Positions 29,625 to 40,326 of a DNA stretch of 64,000 bases are shown here, one piece after another. Origin of the DNA: Pseudomonadota bacterium. Its GTDB lineage: Bacteria > Myxococcota > JACRCW01 > JAFGSX01. The notes beneath the pieces were generated by a model. That model searched no databases. It was not told where the DNA came from and saw nothing but the letters and a program-made list of their open reading frames with translations. Made by a program: the position numbers and the translations under genes. Position 1 is the first letter of the stretch, and each line of letters begins with the position of its first letter. Location: contig JBDRCO010000068.1 in assembly GCA_043821645.1 (NCBI GenBank), forward strand, positions 256,001 to 320,000. The letters are read 5' to 3'.

Positions 29625-30419
29625 TCACAGAACGGTTGCAGGGATGGCAGCGCCCGGGCCATCCCGGATCTCGACCAGCACCACCGTGATGTTGTCCTTG
29701 CCTCCACGGTTGTTGGCCAGATCGATGAAGCGCTGCGCGGCGCGCGGCAGACCATCGCGTCCGAGGGTATCCGCAACGTCGGCCTCGGCGCTGAAATAGC
29801 CATGCAACCCGTCGGAGCACAGCAAGAAATGGTCCCCAGGCTTGAGCTCGATCTCGAAGGTGTCGACATCGACGTAGTCGCGGATGCCAACGGCGCGGGT
29901 GATGGCATTGGCCCGGGGCGAGACCGCGGCCTGCTCCCGGGTCATGGCGCCGATCTTGACCTGCCAGTTCACCCACGTGTGGTCCTCGGTGATCTGGATG
30001 GCGCGACCGTCGCGCACCAGGTAGACGCGAGAGTCGCCGACCTGGGCCACGAAGGCGCGATTGCCTCCCACCAGCATGGACGAGATCGTGGTGCCCATGC
30101 CTTTTCGCTCGGGCTCCAGCTCGGCCATGCTGAACACCATGTAGGTCGCTGCCTGCACCGCGCTCTCGATGAGTCGCCGCACGGCCTGGCGGTTCGGGTC
30201 GGTGACTTCCTCGCGGATCGCGTCCACGGCGCCAAATCCGCGCTTCACCATGCCGTGGATCTGGTCCACCGACTCGGCGCTGGCGACCTCGCCAGCCGCG
30301 TGCCCACCCATGCCGTCGGCCACCACGTACAAGCCCAGAGCGTCGTCCCGAAAGAACGAGTCCTCGTTGTGCGGCCGCTTGCGACCGACGTCGGTCTGAC
30401 CAAAAGACACGGGATACAT
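29625..30419 (-). CDS. Stp1/PrpC-type PP2C Ser/Thr phosphatase
   Basis: TDVGRKRPHNED, VADGMGGH, VGDSRVY, LCSDGL, GGKDNITV. Confidence 0.93.
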   Translation of the reverse strand: MYPVSFGQTDVGRKRPHNEDSFFRDDALGLYVVADGMGGHAAGEVASAESVDQIHGMVKRGFGAVDAIREEVTDPNRQAVRRLIESAVQAATYMVFSMAELEPERKGMGTTISSMLVGGNRAFVAQVGDSRVYLVRDGRAIQITEDHTWVNWQVKIGAMTREQAAVSPRANAITRAVGIRDYVDVDTFEIELKPGDHFLLCSDGLHGYFSAEADVADTLGRDGLPRAAQRFIDLANNRGGKDNITVVLVEIRDGPGAAIPATVL

Positions 30420-30560
30420 TCGGTTACACCACCCTGAGCAACGACACGTTACCAGCCTCGCCCTCCCCTGCGCGGGTCGCGACCAAATTCCCGGCGACCG
30501 CGCCATCATAGCCCCGAGTCGCGCAGTCCTCAAATGTAGAGTTCAGCAGCAGTGCCGTCG

Positions 30561-30827
30561 TCAACGTCGGCGATCGATCTCGGCAACGATCAGCACCACC
30601 TCCTGGCGGTAGCGAGGGGGATCACAGTAGGGACAGGGCACGGTGCGGGTCCCGCGTCCCAGCTGCAAAAGCACGTTGGGTTTGTAGCCCGTGCCGGCGC
30701 AGGACGCACAGTCCTCGTCTGCCGCACAGTAGCCGTAGGACACGGGCACCGCCTCGTCGACCTGGATGCGGCCGTTGCGCGCATGGGTCGGGCGATTCTG
30801 CCAGGGGCAGGTGAGGAGCTTGGGCAT
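30561..30827 (-). CDS. small Cys-rich protein with DnaJ-type zinc-finger-like motifs
   Basis: CASCAGTG...CPYC; starts 6 nt after the helicase stop. Confidence 0.65.
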   Translation of the reverse strand: MPKLLTCPWQNRPTHARNGRIQVDEAVPVSYGYCAADEDCASCAGTGYKPNVLLQLGRGTRTVPCPYCDPPRYRQEVVLIVAEIDRRR

Positions 30828-30833
30828 GGCGGG

Positions 30834-32963
<2,130 letters not shown>

Positions 32964-33044
32964 GGCAGGCAGTGTACACAGGCCCGCGCGGAAGGCCAGC
33001 CGCGGCTCCCGGCCCCGACCGATCTCTCGCGCGGTCTGTTGGGC

Positions 33045-33929
33045 TCAGCTCCCGGAGGCCTTCTGCAGCTCTTCGAAGCCAGGCAGGCTGGACAGGTCCG
33101 GCACCACCACGATGTCGATGCGTCGGTTGGCGGCGCGCCCCTCGGGGCTGTCGTTGGGTCCGGCCGGCTTGTTCTGGCCAAAGCTCGCGGCGCTGATGCG
33201 CTCGGCGGGCATGCCCGCGTCGACCATGGTCTTGACCACGGTCAGGGCACGTGCGGCCGCCAGCTCCCAGTTCGACGGATACTGCGCGGTCTTGATGGGA
33301 ACGTCGTCGGTGTGCCCCTCGACCTGGAAGCTGCGACCCGGGATCTCGGCGAGGATGGCGGTGACCTCCTCGATGGCGGTCTTGCCGTCCTTGGCCAGGC
33401 TGGCGGAACCCGACGCGAACAGCACGTCGGTGGCCAGGGCCACCACCATGCGGCCGTCGACGATCTTGACCTTGAGCTTGCCCGCGTCGATGAGCGCCTT
33501 GAAGCGCTCGAGCAACTTCTTGTACTCGGCGACGCGCTTCTCGGCCTCGGCCTTGCGCGCGGCCAGCTCAGCCAGGGCCTGCTTCATCTCCTCGACGGAT
33601 CCGGCCAGCTTGGACTTGTCCTTGACCACCTGCGCCAGTTCTTCCTGTAGGCGCAGCTGCTGTCCCGCAAGGCTCTGCTTCTCGGCCTCCAGGGCCTCGA
33701 TGGCCCCCTGCAGGCTCTGCTGCTCGGCACGTAGCTTCTTGGCCTCGTCGCGCTCGGCGTCGAGATCGAGCTGGGTCTGGCCGAGTTGCTGCCGAACCCC
33801 GTCGAGATCCTTTTGCAGGGCCTCATGCTCACCCGAGGAGACGCAGGCCAGGAGGCTGATCGAAGCGCTCAGGGCGACCAGCAAACCGAACTGTCGCCAG
33901 GGGGGATGCATTGTCATGTTCTCCTCCAT
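33045..33929 (-). CDS. OmpA/MotB-family peptidoglycan-binding lipoprotein with coiled coil
   Basis: LLAC lipobox, long heptad region, VEGHTD, NWELAAARA, NRRIDI. Confidence 0.9.
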   Translation of the reverse strand: MEENMTMHPPWRQFGLLVALSASISLLACVSSGEHEALQKDLDGVRQQLGQTQLDLDAERDEAKKLRAEQQSLQGAIEALEAEKQSLAGQQLRLQEELAQVVKDKSKLAGSVEEMKQALAELAARKAEAEKRVAEYKKLLERFKALIDAGKLKVKIVDGRMVVALATDVLFASGSASLAKDGKTAIEEVTAILAEIPGRSFQVEGHTDDVPIKTAQYPSNWELAAARALTVVKTMVDAGMPAERISAASFGQNKPAGPNDSPEGRAANRRIDIVVVPDLSSLPGFEELQKASGS

Positions 33930-34057
33930 CTTTCATGGTTGTCACAGTGCGGGCACCTTAACGCCAACCGGTGCCTCGGGGAACCACCGATAGTGCTCAC
34001 GCGACATTCACCTGTCGTGTTATCTTCCCGCCGCATTTTTTGAATGGAGGCACCGTC

Positions 34058-35053
34058 GTGCACGGCATTCTGAAAACAGTCCTTATCCTCCTGATCGCCC
34101 TCCTTGGTGCTGCCGTGGCCCTGGCCGCTGGCGCCGGTGCACCGGCTCGAGGCCTGCCCTACCGCGGGCACCTGGAGTTCAACGGAGCACCCCTGAGCAG
34201 CACCGTCGCGATGGAGTTTCGGCTGTACGACGACGCGACGGCAGGCACCGAGCTGTTCATGCAGGTCGAGGATGATGTGACGGTGACCGGCGGCGCCTTC
34301 GCGGTGGTGCTGGGCACCAAGAGCACCAATCTGCTTCCGGAAACGGTGTACACGTCGCGGGAACTCTTCCTTGCGATCACCGTCAACGGCGTTCCCCTGG
34401 CGGGCCGGCAGCAGATCTTCGCCTCCACCCAGTCCGTGCGCGCTGCTCAGGCCGATGGCTTCGCGGTGACCGCCGGGATACATGGAGGTAACAGTGGAGG
34501 CAACCTGCACGTCGACGCCAACAACCCTGCGGGGGGCGACGGTCAGATCTACCTCAACTGGTTTTCTGGCAATGGTGTGGTCTTCGGCAACGCGGCGCAG
34601 GGGCAGGTTGCCCGGGTGGACACGGCGGGAAACCTGAGCACCGCCGGCACGGTCACCACGCCCGCCATCAACCTGGGCGACCTGAAGCTGCGACTGAATT
34701 CGGGAGGCGGCTCCCACATCGCGGGTTCCAATGTGAACGGCAACCTCCACATCGACGCCGACAACCCGAGCCGCGGCGTGGGGAAGCTCTACCTCAACCT
34801 GTATTCGGGCAAGGGCGTCGTCGTCGGCAACGGCGCCGGGGGCACGGTCACCTCGGTGGACACCGCAGGCAACATCAGCACGAAGGGACTCATCACCTCG
34901 CACAGCGATCAGACCACGCGGTGCGGGTTCGCTACCGATCAATGCGGTGGCGACTTCAATGCCGTGTGCCCATCTGGCCAGTACGTGGCCGGGGTGCGGA
35001 ACTGGGCCGGCAATTGCTGGCAGGTGACGTGCTGCTGGCTGGGCGCCCGTTAG
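34058..35053 (+). CDS. secreted fibre-like protein
   Basis: GGAGG SD, signal peptide, PYRGHL...FRLYD...GAFAVVLG N-domain, two GNLHxDA...YLNxxSG repeats, Cys-rich tip. Confidence 0.8.
   Translation: MHGILKTVLILLIALLGAAVALAAGAGAPARGLPYRGHLEFNGAPLSSTVAMEFRLYDDATAGTELFMQVEDDVTVTGGAFAVVLGTKSTNLLPETVYTSRELFLAITVNGVPLAGRQQIFASTQSVRAAQADGFAVTAGIHGGNSGGNLHVDANNPAGGDGQIYLNWFSGNGVVFGNAAQGQVARVDTAGNLSTAGTVTTPAINLGDLKLRLNSGGGSHIAGSNVNGNLHIDADNPSRGVGKLYLNLYSGKGVVVGNGAGGTVTSVDTAGNISTKGLITSHSDQTTRCGFATDQCGGDFNAVCPSGQYVAGVRNWAGNCWQVTCCWLGAR
34499..34885 (+). repeat. two ~48-aa internal repeats at 240-nt spacing
   Basis: GNLHVDANNPAGGDGQIYLNWFSGNGVVFGN...VDTAGNLST versus GNLHIDADNPSRGVGKLYLNLYSGKGVVVGN...VDTAGNIST. 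Confidence 0.85.
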
Positions 35054-36129
35054 TGCCAGGCCGCGCACGGCCCGCGCTTCCCTCCCGCCCTTCCCTCCTA
35101 CGCTGGTACGACACCCACCGTCGGCAGCTGCCCTGGCGCGAGGATCCGACGCCCTTCAAGGTGCTGGTCAGCGAGCTGATGCTGCAGCAGACCCAGGTCG
35201 ACAAGGTGGTGCCCTACTTTGAAAGGTTCGTGCGCCGCTTTCCGGATTTCGAACATCTGGCAGCAGCGCCCCTCGACGACGTGCTCGCGCTGTGGTCTGG
35301 CCTGGGCTACTACGCCCGCGCCCGCAACCTTCACCGCGCGGCCGGTCTCGTCGTCGAAAAGCACGGTGGAGCCCTGCCCTCGACCCTGGATGCGCTACGC
35401 ACCTTTCCTGGCATCGGTCCCTACACCGCCGGCGCCGTGCTGAGCATTGCCTTCGCGCAGCAGGTGCCCCTGGTCGACGGCAACGTCGAGCGCGTGCTGG
35501 CGCGCTGGCTCGCCCTCGACGGAGATCCCCGGGCTGCGCCTCGCAAGAAGATCATCCTGGACCTCGCTTCAAAGCTGGTAGTCGGTCCCCGGCCCGGCGA
35601 CCTCAACCAGGCCCTGATGGAGCTGGGCGCCCTGGTCTGCCGCCCGCTGGCGCCAGACTGTTCAGCCTGTCCGTGGCGACGAGATTGCGCTGCCAGGCGA
35701 CAGGGTTTGCAGGACGCGATCCCCCCACCCCGTCAGCGCGTGCCGCGCCAGCCACTGCGAATCGTCATGGCCGTGGTGTGGCAGGGCGATTCGCTGCTGT
35801 TCGTGCAGCGCCCCAGCAGCGGGCTGTTTGCGGGGCTGTGGGAGCTGCCCTCGGCAGAGGTTTCCGCCAAAGCGCCACGCTGCACCATCGCGTGCGAGCT
35901 GACACAGGCGCTTGGCACCCAGGTCACCCTCGGCCCCAAGCTGGGGTCGGTGGAGAGAACCCTCAGCCACCGTGACCTCAGGCTCGAGGCTTACGCTGTC
36001 GACGTCCTGGCGGTTCCCAACCTGAACCGACCACAGCGCTTCGTGAGGCGCGCGAACTGGTCCCGGCTGGGCCTGGCCACGGCCCTGCGGGAGCTGCTCA
36101 AGGTCCTTGAACACACCGCGGGGGCGTGA
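35053..36129 (+). CDS. mutY: A/G-specific adenine glycosylase
   Basis: LPWR, SELMLQQTQV, WSGLGYYARARNLH, GIGPYTA, VDGNVERV, CxxxxxxCxxCxxxxxC Fe-S motif. Confidence 0.94.
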   Translation: MPGRARPALPSRPSLLRWYDTHRRQLPWREDPTPFKVLVSELMLQQTQVDKVVPYFERFVRRFPDFEHLAAAPLDDVLALWSGLGYYARARNLHRAAGLVVEKHGGALPSTLDALRTFPGIGPYTAGAVLSIAFAQQVPLVDGNVERVLARWLALDGDPRAAPRKKIILDLASKLVVGPRPGDLNQALMELGALVCRPLAPDCSACPWRRDCAARRQGLQDAIPPPRQRVPRQPLRIVMAVVWQGDSLLFVQRPSSGLFAGLWELPSAEVSAKAPRCTIACELTQALGTQVTLGPKLGSVERTLSHRDLRLEAYAVDVLAVPNLNRPQRFVRRANWSRLGLATALRELLKVLEHTAGA

Positions 36130-36252
36130 GAACCCGACAGGCTCGGCGACCTGCACAGCACAGGGTGGACGGACGACGAGAACCGTGGGCTGAGATAGAA
36201 CGTCCTGTTCTCCAGCTCCTCGTGCTGGCATGACGACAAGGATGCGCGTGGG

Positions 36253-37449
36253 ATGGCCCGTGCTGGGGTGATACCAATGAGCAGACGAGATGCCTTCGAG
36301 GCCGCCCTGAACGCTGTGCTGGGTGACTACCTCGAGGCGCGCGAGAGCAGCCTGGCAATCCAGATGGGGCTCTACCGCCGAGGACAGCCCCTCGACGAGT
36401 TGCCGCACGGCACCGCGAAGCTCTGTGTGCTGGTACACGGCATGGCCTGCAACGAGCGCTGCTGGGCTTATCCCGACGACCCGGACACGGACTACGGCGT
36501 GCTGCTCGAAAAAGAGCATGGGCTGACACCGCTGTATGTCCGCTACAACACCGGGTTGACCATACGCACCAGCGGGCAACACCTGGCAGCACTGCTGCAA
36601 TCCGTGGTCGACCGATCGCCGGTGCCGGTGCAGGAGCTCACGCTCATCGGCCACAGCCTGGGCGGGCTGTTGATCCGCAGCGCCTGCCATCAAGGCCAGC
36701 AGAGTTCGTGGTTGCCGCTGGTCCGGCGCGCGTTCTACCTGGGCTCGCCGCACCTCGGCTCACCGCTCGAGAAGGCAGGTCACGTGGCGACGTCTGTGCT
36801 GCACGCGATCGACGACCCCGTGGTGCAGCTCCTGGGCGATCTGGCCGAGGTTCGCAGTGCGGCGGTCAAGGACCTGAGGTACGGCACCCTGGCGAACGAC
36901 GGGGCACCCGTGCCGCTCGACGAGCGCATCGAGCACTATCTGGTTGCCGGGTCCTTGCCCGGCCCCCTGGCCGCGCTGCTTGGTGACGGCGTGGTCAGGG
37001 TCGCCAGCGCCACCGGTGTGAGCGCATCCAGGGCCGGAGCAGTGGATGCGGTCGGGCTGTTTCCCGGGCTGCACCACATGGCGATCCTGCACCACCCGAA
37101 AGTCTACGCATGGATCGCTCGTCGCTGCGGTCCTGCTCAGCCGACCATCCCGGTCGCGCCCAGTCTGCGCGCCTACCCCCGAGGCGGACGCGTCGGCGCC
37201 TACCTCGAATTGCTCGAGGACGCGGTCGACAAGGGATCGTCGGCGGTGCAGGAGGTCCACGAGGCCATCGCCGAGCGCACCTACAACATCATCGAGGCCA
37301 TCCCTCCTCTGCGGGCGCCAAGCCGTGCAGCACGCGCGGCGCATTTCAGAGTGTTGCGCGGGACCTATGCGACGCTGCGGCTGGTGAACAGCTTGCTGGG
37401 TGCCGTGACCAATGCCCGTGCTGACGACGAGGAAGCCGGACCGTCCTGA
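36253..37449 (+). CDS. PGAP1-like alpha/beta hydrolase with C-terminal helical module
   Basis: VHGM, YNTG, GHSLGG nucleophile elbow, LGSPHLGSPLE, GDGVV, late His. Start may be 36277. Confidence 0.85.
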   Translation: MARAGVIPMSRRDAFEAALNAVLGDYLEARESSLAIQMGLYRRGQPLDELPHGTAKLCVLVHGMACNERCWAYPDDPDTDYGVLLEKEHGLTPLYVRYNTGLTIRTSGQHLAALLQSVVDRSPVPVQELTLIGHSLGGLLIRSACHQGQQSSWLPLVRRAFYLGSPHLGSPLEKAGHVATSVLHAIDDPVVQLLGDLAEVRSAAVKDLRYGTLANDGAPVPLDERIEHYLVAGSLPGPLAALLGDGVVRVASATGVSASRAGAVDAVGLFPGLHHMAILHHPKVYAWIARRCGPAQPTIPVAPSLRAYPRGGRVGAYLELLEDAVDKGSSAVQEVHEAIAERTYNIIEAIPPLRAPSRAARAAHFRVLRGTYATLRLVNSLLGAVTNARADDEEAGPS

Positions 37450-37774
37450 CGAATACCCGAGGGTGTAGCTGCGATGGATGCGCAGATCCCTCGCCACACC
37501 CCGATCCAGGACCGCAGCTTCGCAATGATTTCTGGACGAAACGAGTGTTGTTTGGCGAGTGCGTAGCTTGCCTGGCTGTCAGAGCAGAGCTTCGTGCAAC
37601 CGTCCGTCAAGGAGACCCTGCGCGGGTTTGAGCAGCCGATCAAGGTGGTCGAAAGGTAACTGGACCGCGACAAGTCTAGAAGCCGTGGCACATGCTAGTC
37701 TGGGCCACGTGCACATGGCCTGGGCACTCACTCAACAGGTGGGCCAACCCTCGAACCTTGCCGGAGTAACTCCC

Positions 37775-38200
37775 ATGCGTGCTGCTCTCATCGCTCCGGC
37801 AATCTTTCTCTTTCTCGAGCTCACCAACGTGATCGCGATGTACGTCGTGCCGGGCTCCAAGCAGGCCAACGCGGTGGGTGTGTTCAGCGCCTGGGAAAAA
37901 TCCAAGGCCGACCCCGAGCTGCACGCCTTCGTGCGCTACCTGGTGTACTGGGTGGCGGGAACGAAGGTGATCTTCATCGCCCTGCTCAGCACGATCCTGG
38001 TGTTCGGCGACGCCAGGCTCCAGGCCGTGGCCTTGCTGGCCATGGTGGCCTCGATCGCGACCTTCTACTGGAAGTTGTTCCCGCTGATCCGGAAGATGGA
38101 CCGCGCGGGTCAGATCACTCCCAAGCACTACTCGGCCATGCTCGGTGTGATGATCGCGGGTTTCATGCTGGCGTTGGGGGTCTCGGCCTGGATGCTCTAG
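37775..38200 (+). CDS. small integral membrane protein (about 4 TM)
   Basis: GGAG SD and four hydrophobic helices. Confidence 0.75.
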   Translation: MRAALIAPAIFLFLELTNVIAMYVVPGSKQANAVGVFSAWEKSKADPELHAFVRYLVYWVAGTKVIFIALLSTILVFGDARLQAVALLAMVASIATFYWKLFPLIRKMDRAGQITPKHYSAMLGVMIAGFMLALGVSAWML

Positions 38201-38240
38201 AGTGGATTCGAATCAACCCAGGGATGAACTGCTCGTGTCT

Positions 38241-38264
38241 GACACCTTTCTCCTGAAGGGTGTC
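38241..38264. terminator. hairpin between convergent genes, possible terminator
   Basis: GACACCTTTC-TCCT-GAAGGGTGTC, 10-bp stem with one G-U pair; no clear U-tract. Confidence 0.45.
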
Positions 38265-38393
38265 GAGGCGCGCAAGCGTCACCAGCGCTTGGTGCTGGAC
38301 GCGGGGTAGTCGCGGTATCCGCAAAGTGCGCCGTGTCGAGACCTCGGCTCCTTCAACGACTCCGACCCCGGTTCTGCTGGGGTGCCTGCTGGT

Positions 38394-40322
38394 TCACAAG
38401 CGCAGCTCGCGGATCAGCGGCATCGCCACCTCGCGCACCACGGCGCTGGCCTGGGCGGGTGGTGCCTGCAGGATGAACGCAAAGCCACCGCCGGCGTGCG
38501 CGGTCCAGTACAGCAAGCGGCGTCGCTGGCCACCGTGGCCATCGGCCTCGTCCCAGATCGCCTGTCGCCACAGCCGCCCGGCGACCGGCTCGACGTGCTC
38601 GGCCAGGATGGGCCCGTGGATCTGAGCGCGCCACTGCGCATAGTCCTGCCGGCCCACGCCGCCTTGGATCTCGGCGACACCATCGTCGTGGCGCTCCCCG
38701 TCGCTGGGCGCGGCGACAAAGCCCTGCCCGTGCCAGCGCACCCTCCAGCTCGCTGGCAGCCCGAAGGCGACCCGGCCGTCCGGGGACTCCACGCTCTGAC
38801 GGTCCCCGCGTCGAGATCGCAGCTTGCCGAAGTTGCCCTGCAGCACACCCGTCACCTGCAGCGCAAAGGGCTCGCCGTCCTCGGACAGCTGAAAGTGCCC
38901 GGAGCAGGTACGGGCGAAGCTGCGCAGCACCACCTTGACGGGATTGACGAAGTCGACCTCCAGGCGCTGGCGGTAGGGGCCCATGGTGTAGGTCGCGACC
39001 AGACCCTCGCCACCACCGCGGTCGATGTCGATGCGCCCCACCTTGCCGAGGTAGCTGCCGAGATAGCGCTGCGCCTCGGTGGCGGAGATGCGGAAGCGGT
39101 TGCTCGAGGGATCGCTGCGCCGGGGCAAGGCAAAGGAAGACGGTGGCTCACCGTTGACCAGGTGGAGGATGTTGTTGGCCAGCCAGGGCAGTGGCCGGTA
39201 GCGGTAGCGGTCACCGGGCTCGGTGTTGATCAGCAGACTCACCGCGCTGCCGGTGGCCGGGTCGATCAGGGTCTCGCTGGCGCTGGAGTAGCTGGCGCCG
39301 GCGTGGTGGACGATGGTTCGACCTTCGATCGTCGAGATCATCCAGCCCAGGCCGTAGCCGATGTCGTCGCCGTTTCCGCCCTCCTCGACAGCCAGACCCG
39401 GGGCGTGGATCACCGGCGTCCAGAGCCGCTCGACACTGGGCGGCTGCAGCAGCTGCTGTCCGTCCAGGGTACCGCCACCGAGCAGGGCGATCAGATAGCG
39501 CCCGAGGTCGTTGGCCGAGGCATGCAGCATCGAGCCCGCCGGCATGGCGATGGCCTGGTAGAAGGCGGGAGCCGCCACGGCGCGCTGCAGGTCAGGCCAG
39601 TGGCCGTGCAGGGCGCCGATGCGCGAGAAATCCTCGAGCGCCGTGCTCGAGCGCTTCATGCCCAGCGGCCCGAGCACCCTGGCGTTCAGATAGTCCGGAT
39701 AGCTCAGGCCGCTGACCTGCTCGATCACCACGCCGAGCACGTTGAATCCCTCGTTGCTGTACTCGAAGGACAGCCCCGGCGCGCGCCGGCACTGGTAGCT
39801 GCGCAATGCCCGAACCCCGCGCTCGATGGCGGCGCTGTCGGTGTCGGTGTCCCAGATCCACGACGCGTCCTGGCTGGGCAAGCCCGAGCTGTTGCTCAGC
39901 AGCATGCGCAAGGTCATCTGCTCGCTGCACGCCGGGTCGGCGGTCTGAAACCAGGGCAGATAGCGCTGCACCGGCGCGTCGAGCTGCAGTCGGCCCTGTT
40001 CGACCAGCTGCATCACCGCCAGGGCCGTGAAGGACTTGGTGAGCGAGCCCACCCCGACCGAAGAATCGGCGCTCATCGGCGTGGGCTCGCCCGCGCGTTC
40101 GACGCCGTAGCCCGCCGAGAACACAATTCGGCCGCCCTGGACGACCACTGCGGACAGACCCGGCGCGCTCCCCTGGCGCTGGTATTCGACCAGCATGGCG
40201 TCGAGCTGAGCCCGCCAGCCGAGCTCGCTCGCGGCCGACGCCGTCGGCGCGGCGAGCAGCAGCCCGGCCACCAGGGCCCGGCTCAAGAAACCGCCAACGA
40301 ATCGATGCGAGAGAGTTTTCAT
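38394..40322 (-). CDS. secreted serine hydrolase (beta-lactamase/PBP-like) with C-terminal extra domains
   Basis: Signal peptide, GSLTKSF (SxxK), FEYSN, YGLGW, HHAG. Confidence 0.9.
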   Translation of the reverse strand: MKTLSHRFVGGFLSRALVAGLLLAAPTASAASELGWRAQLDAMLVEYQRQGSAPGLSAVVVQGGRIVFSAGYGVERAGEPTPMSADSSVGVGSLTKSFTALAVMQLVEQGRLQLDAPVQRYLPWFQTADPACSEQMTLRMLLSNSSGLPSQDASWIWDTDTDSAAIERGVRALRSYQCRRAPGLSFEYSNEGFNVLGVVIEQVSGLSYPDYLNARVLGPLGMKRSSTALEDFSRIGALHGHWPDLQRAVAAPAFYQAIAMPAGSMLHASANDLGRYLIALLGGGTLDGQQLLQPPSVERLWTPVIHAPGLAVEEGGNGDDIGYGLGWMISTIEGRTIVHHAGASYSSASETLIDPATGSAVSLLINTEPGDRYRYRPLPWLANNILHLVNGEPPSSFALPRRSDPSSNRFRISATEAQRYLGSYLGKVGRIDIDRGGGEGLVATYTMGPYRQRLEVDFVNPVKVVLRSFARTCSGHFQLSEDGEPFALQVTGVLQGNFGKLRSRRGDRQSVESPDGRVAFGLPASWRVRWHGQGFVAAPSDGERHDDGVAEIQGGVGRQDYAQWRAQIHGPILAEHVEPVAGRLWRQAIWDEADGHGGQRRRLLYWTAHAGGGFAFILQAPPAQASAVVREVAMPLIRELRL

Positions 40323-40326
40323 GTTG

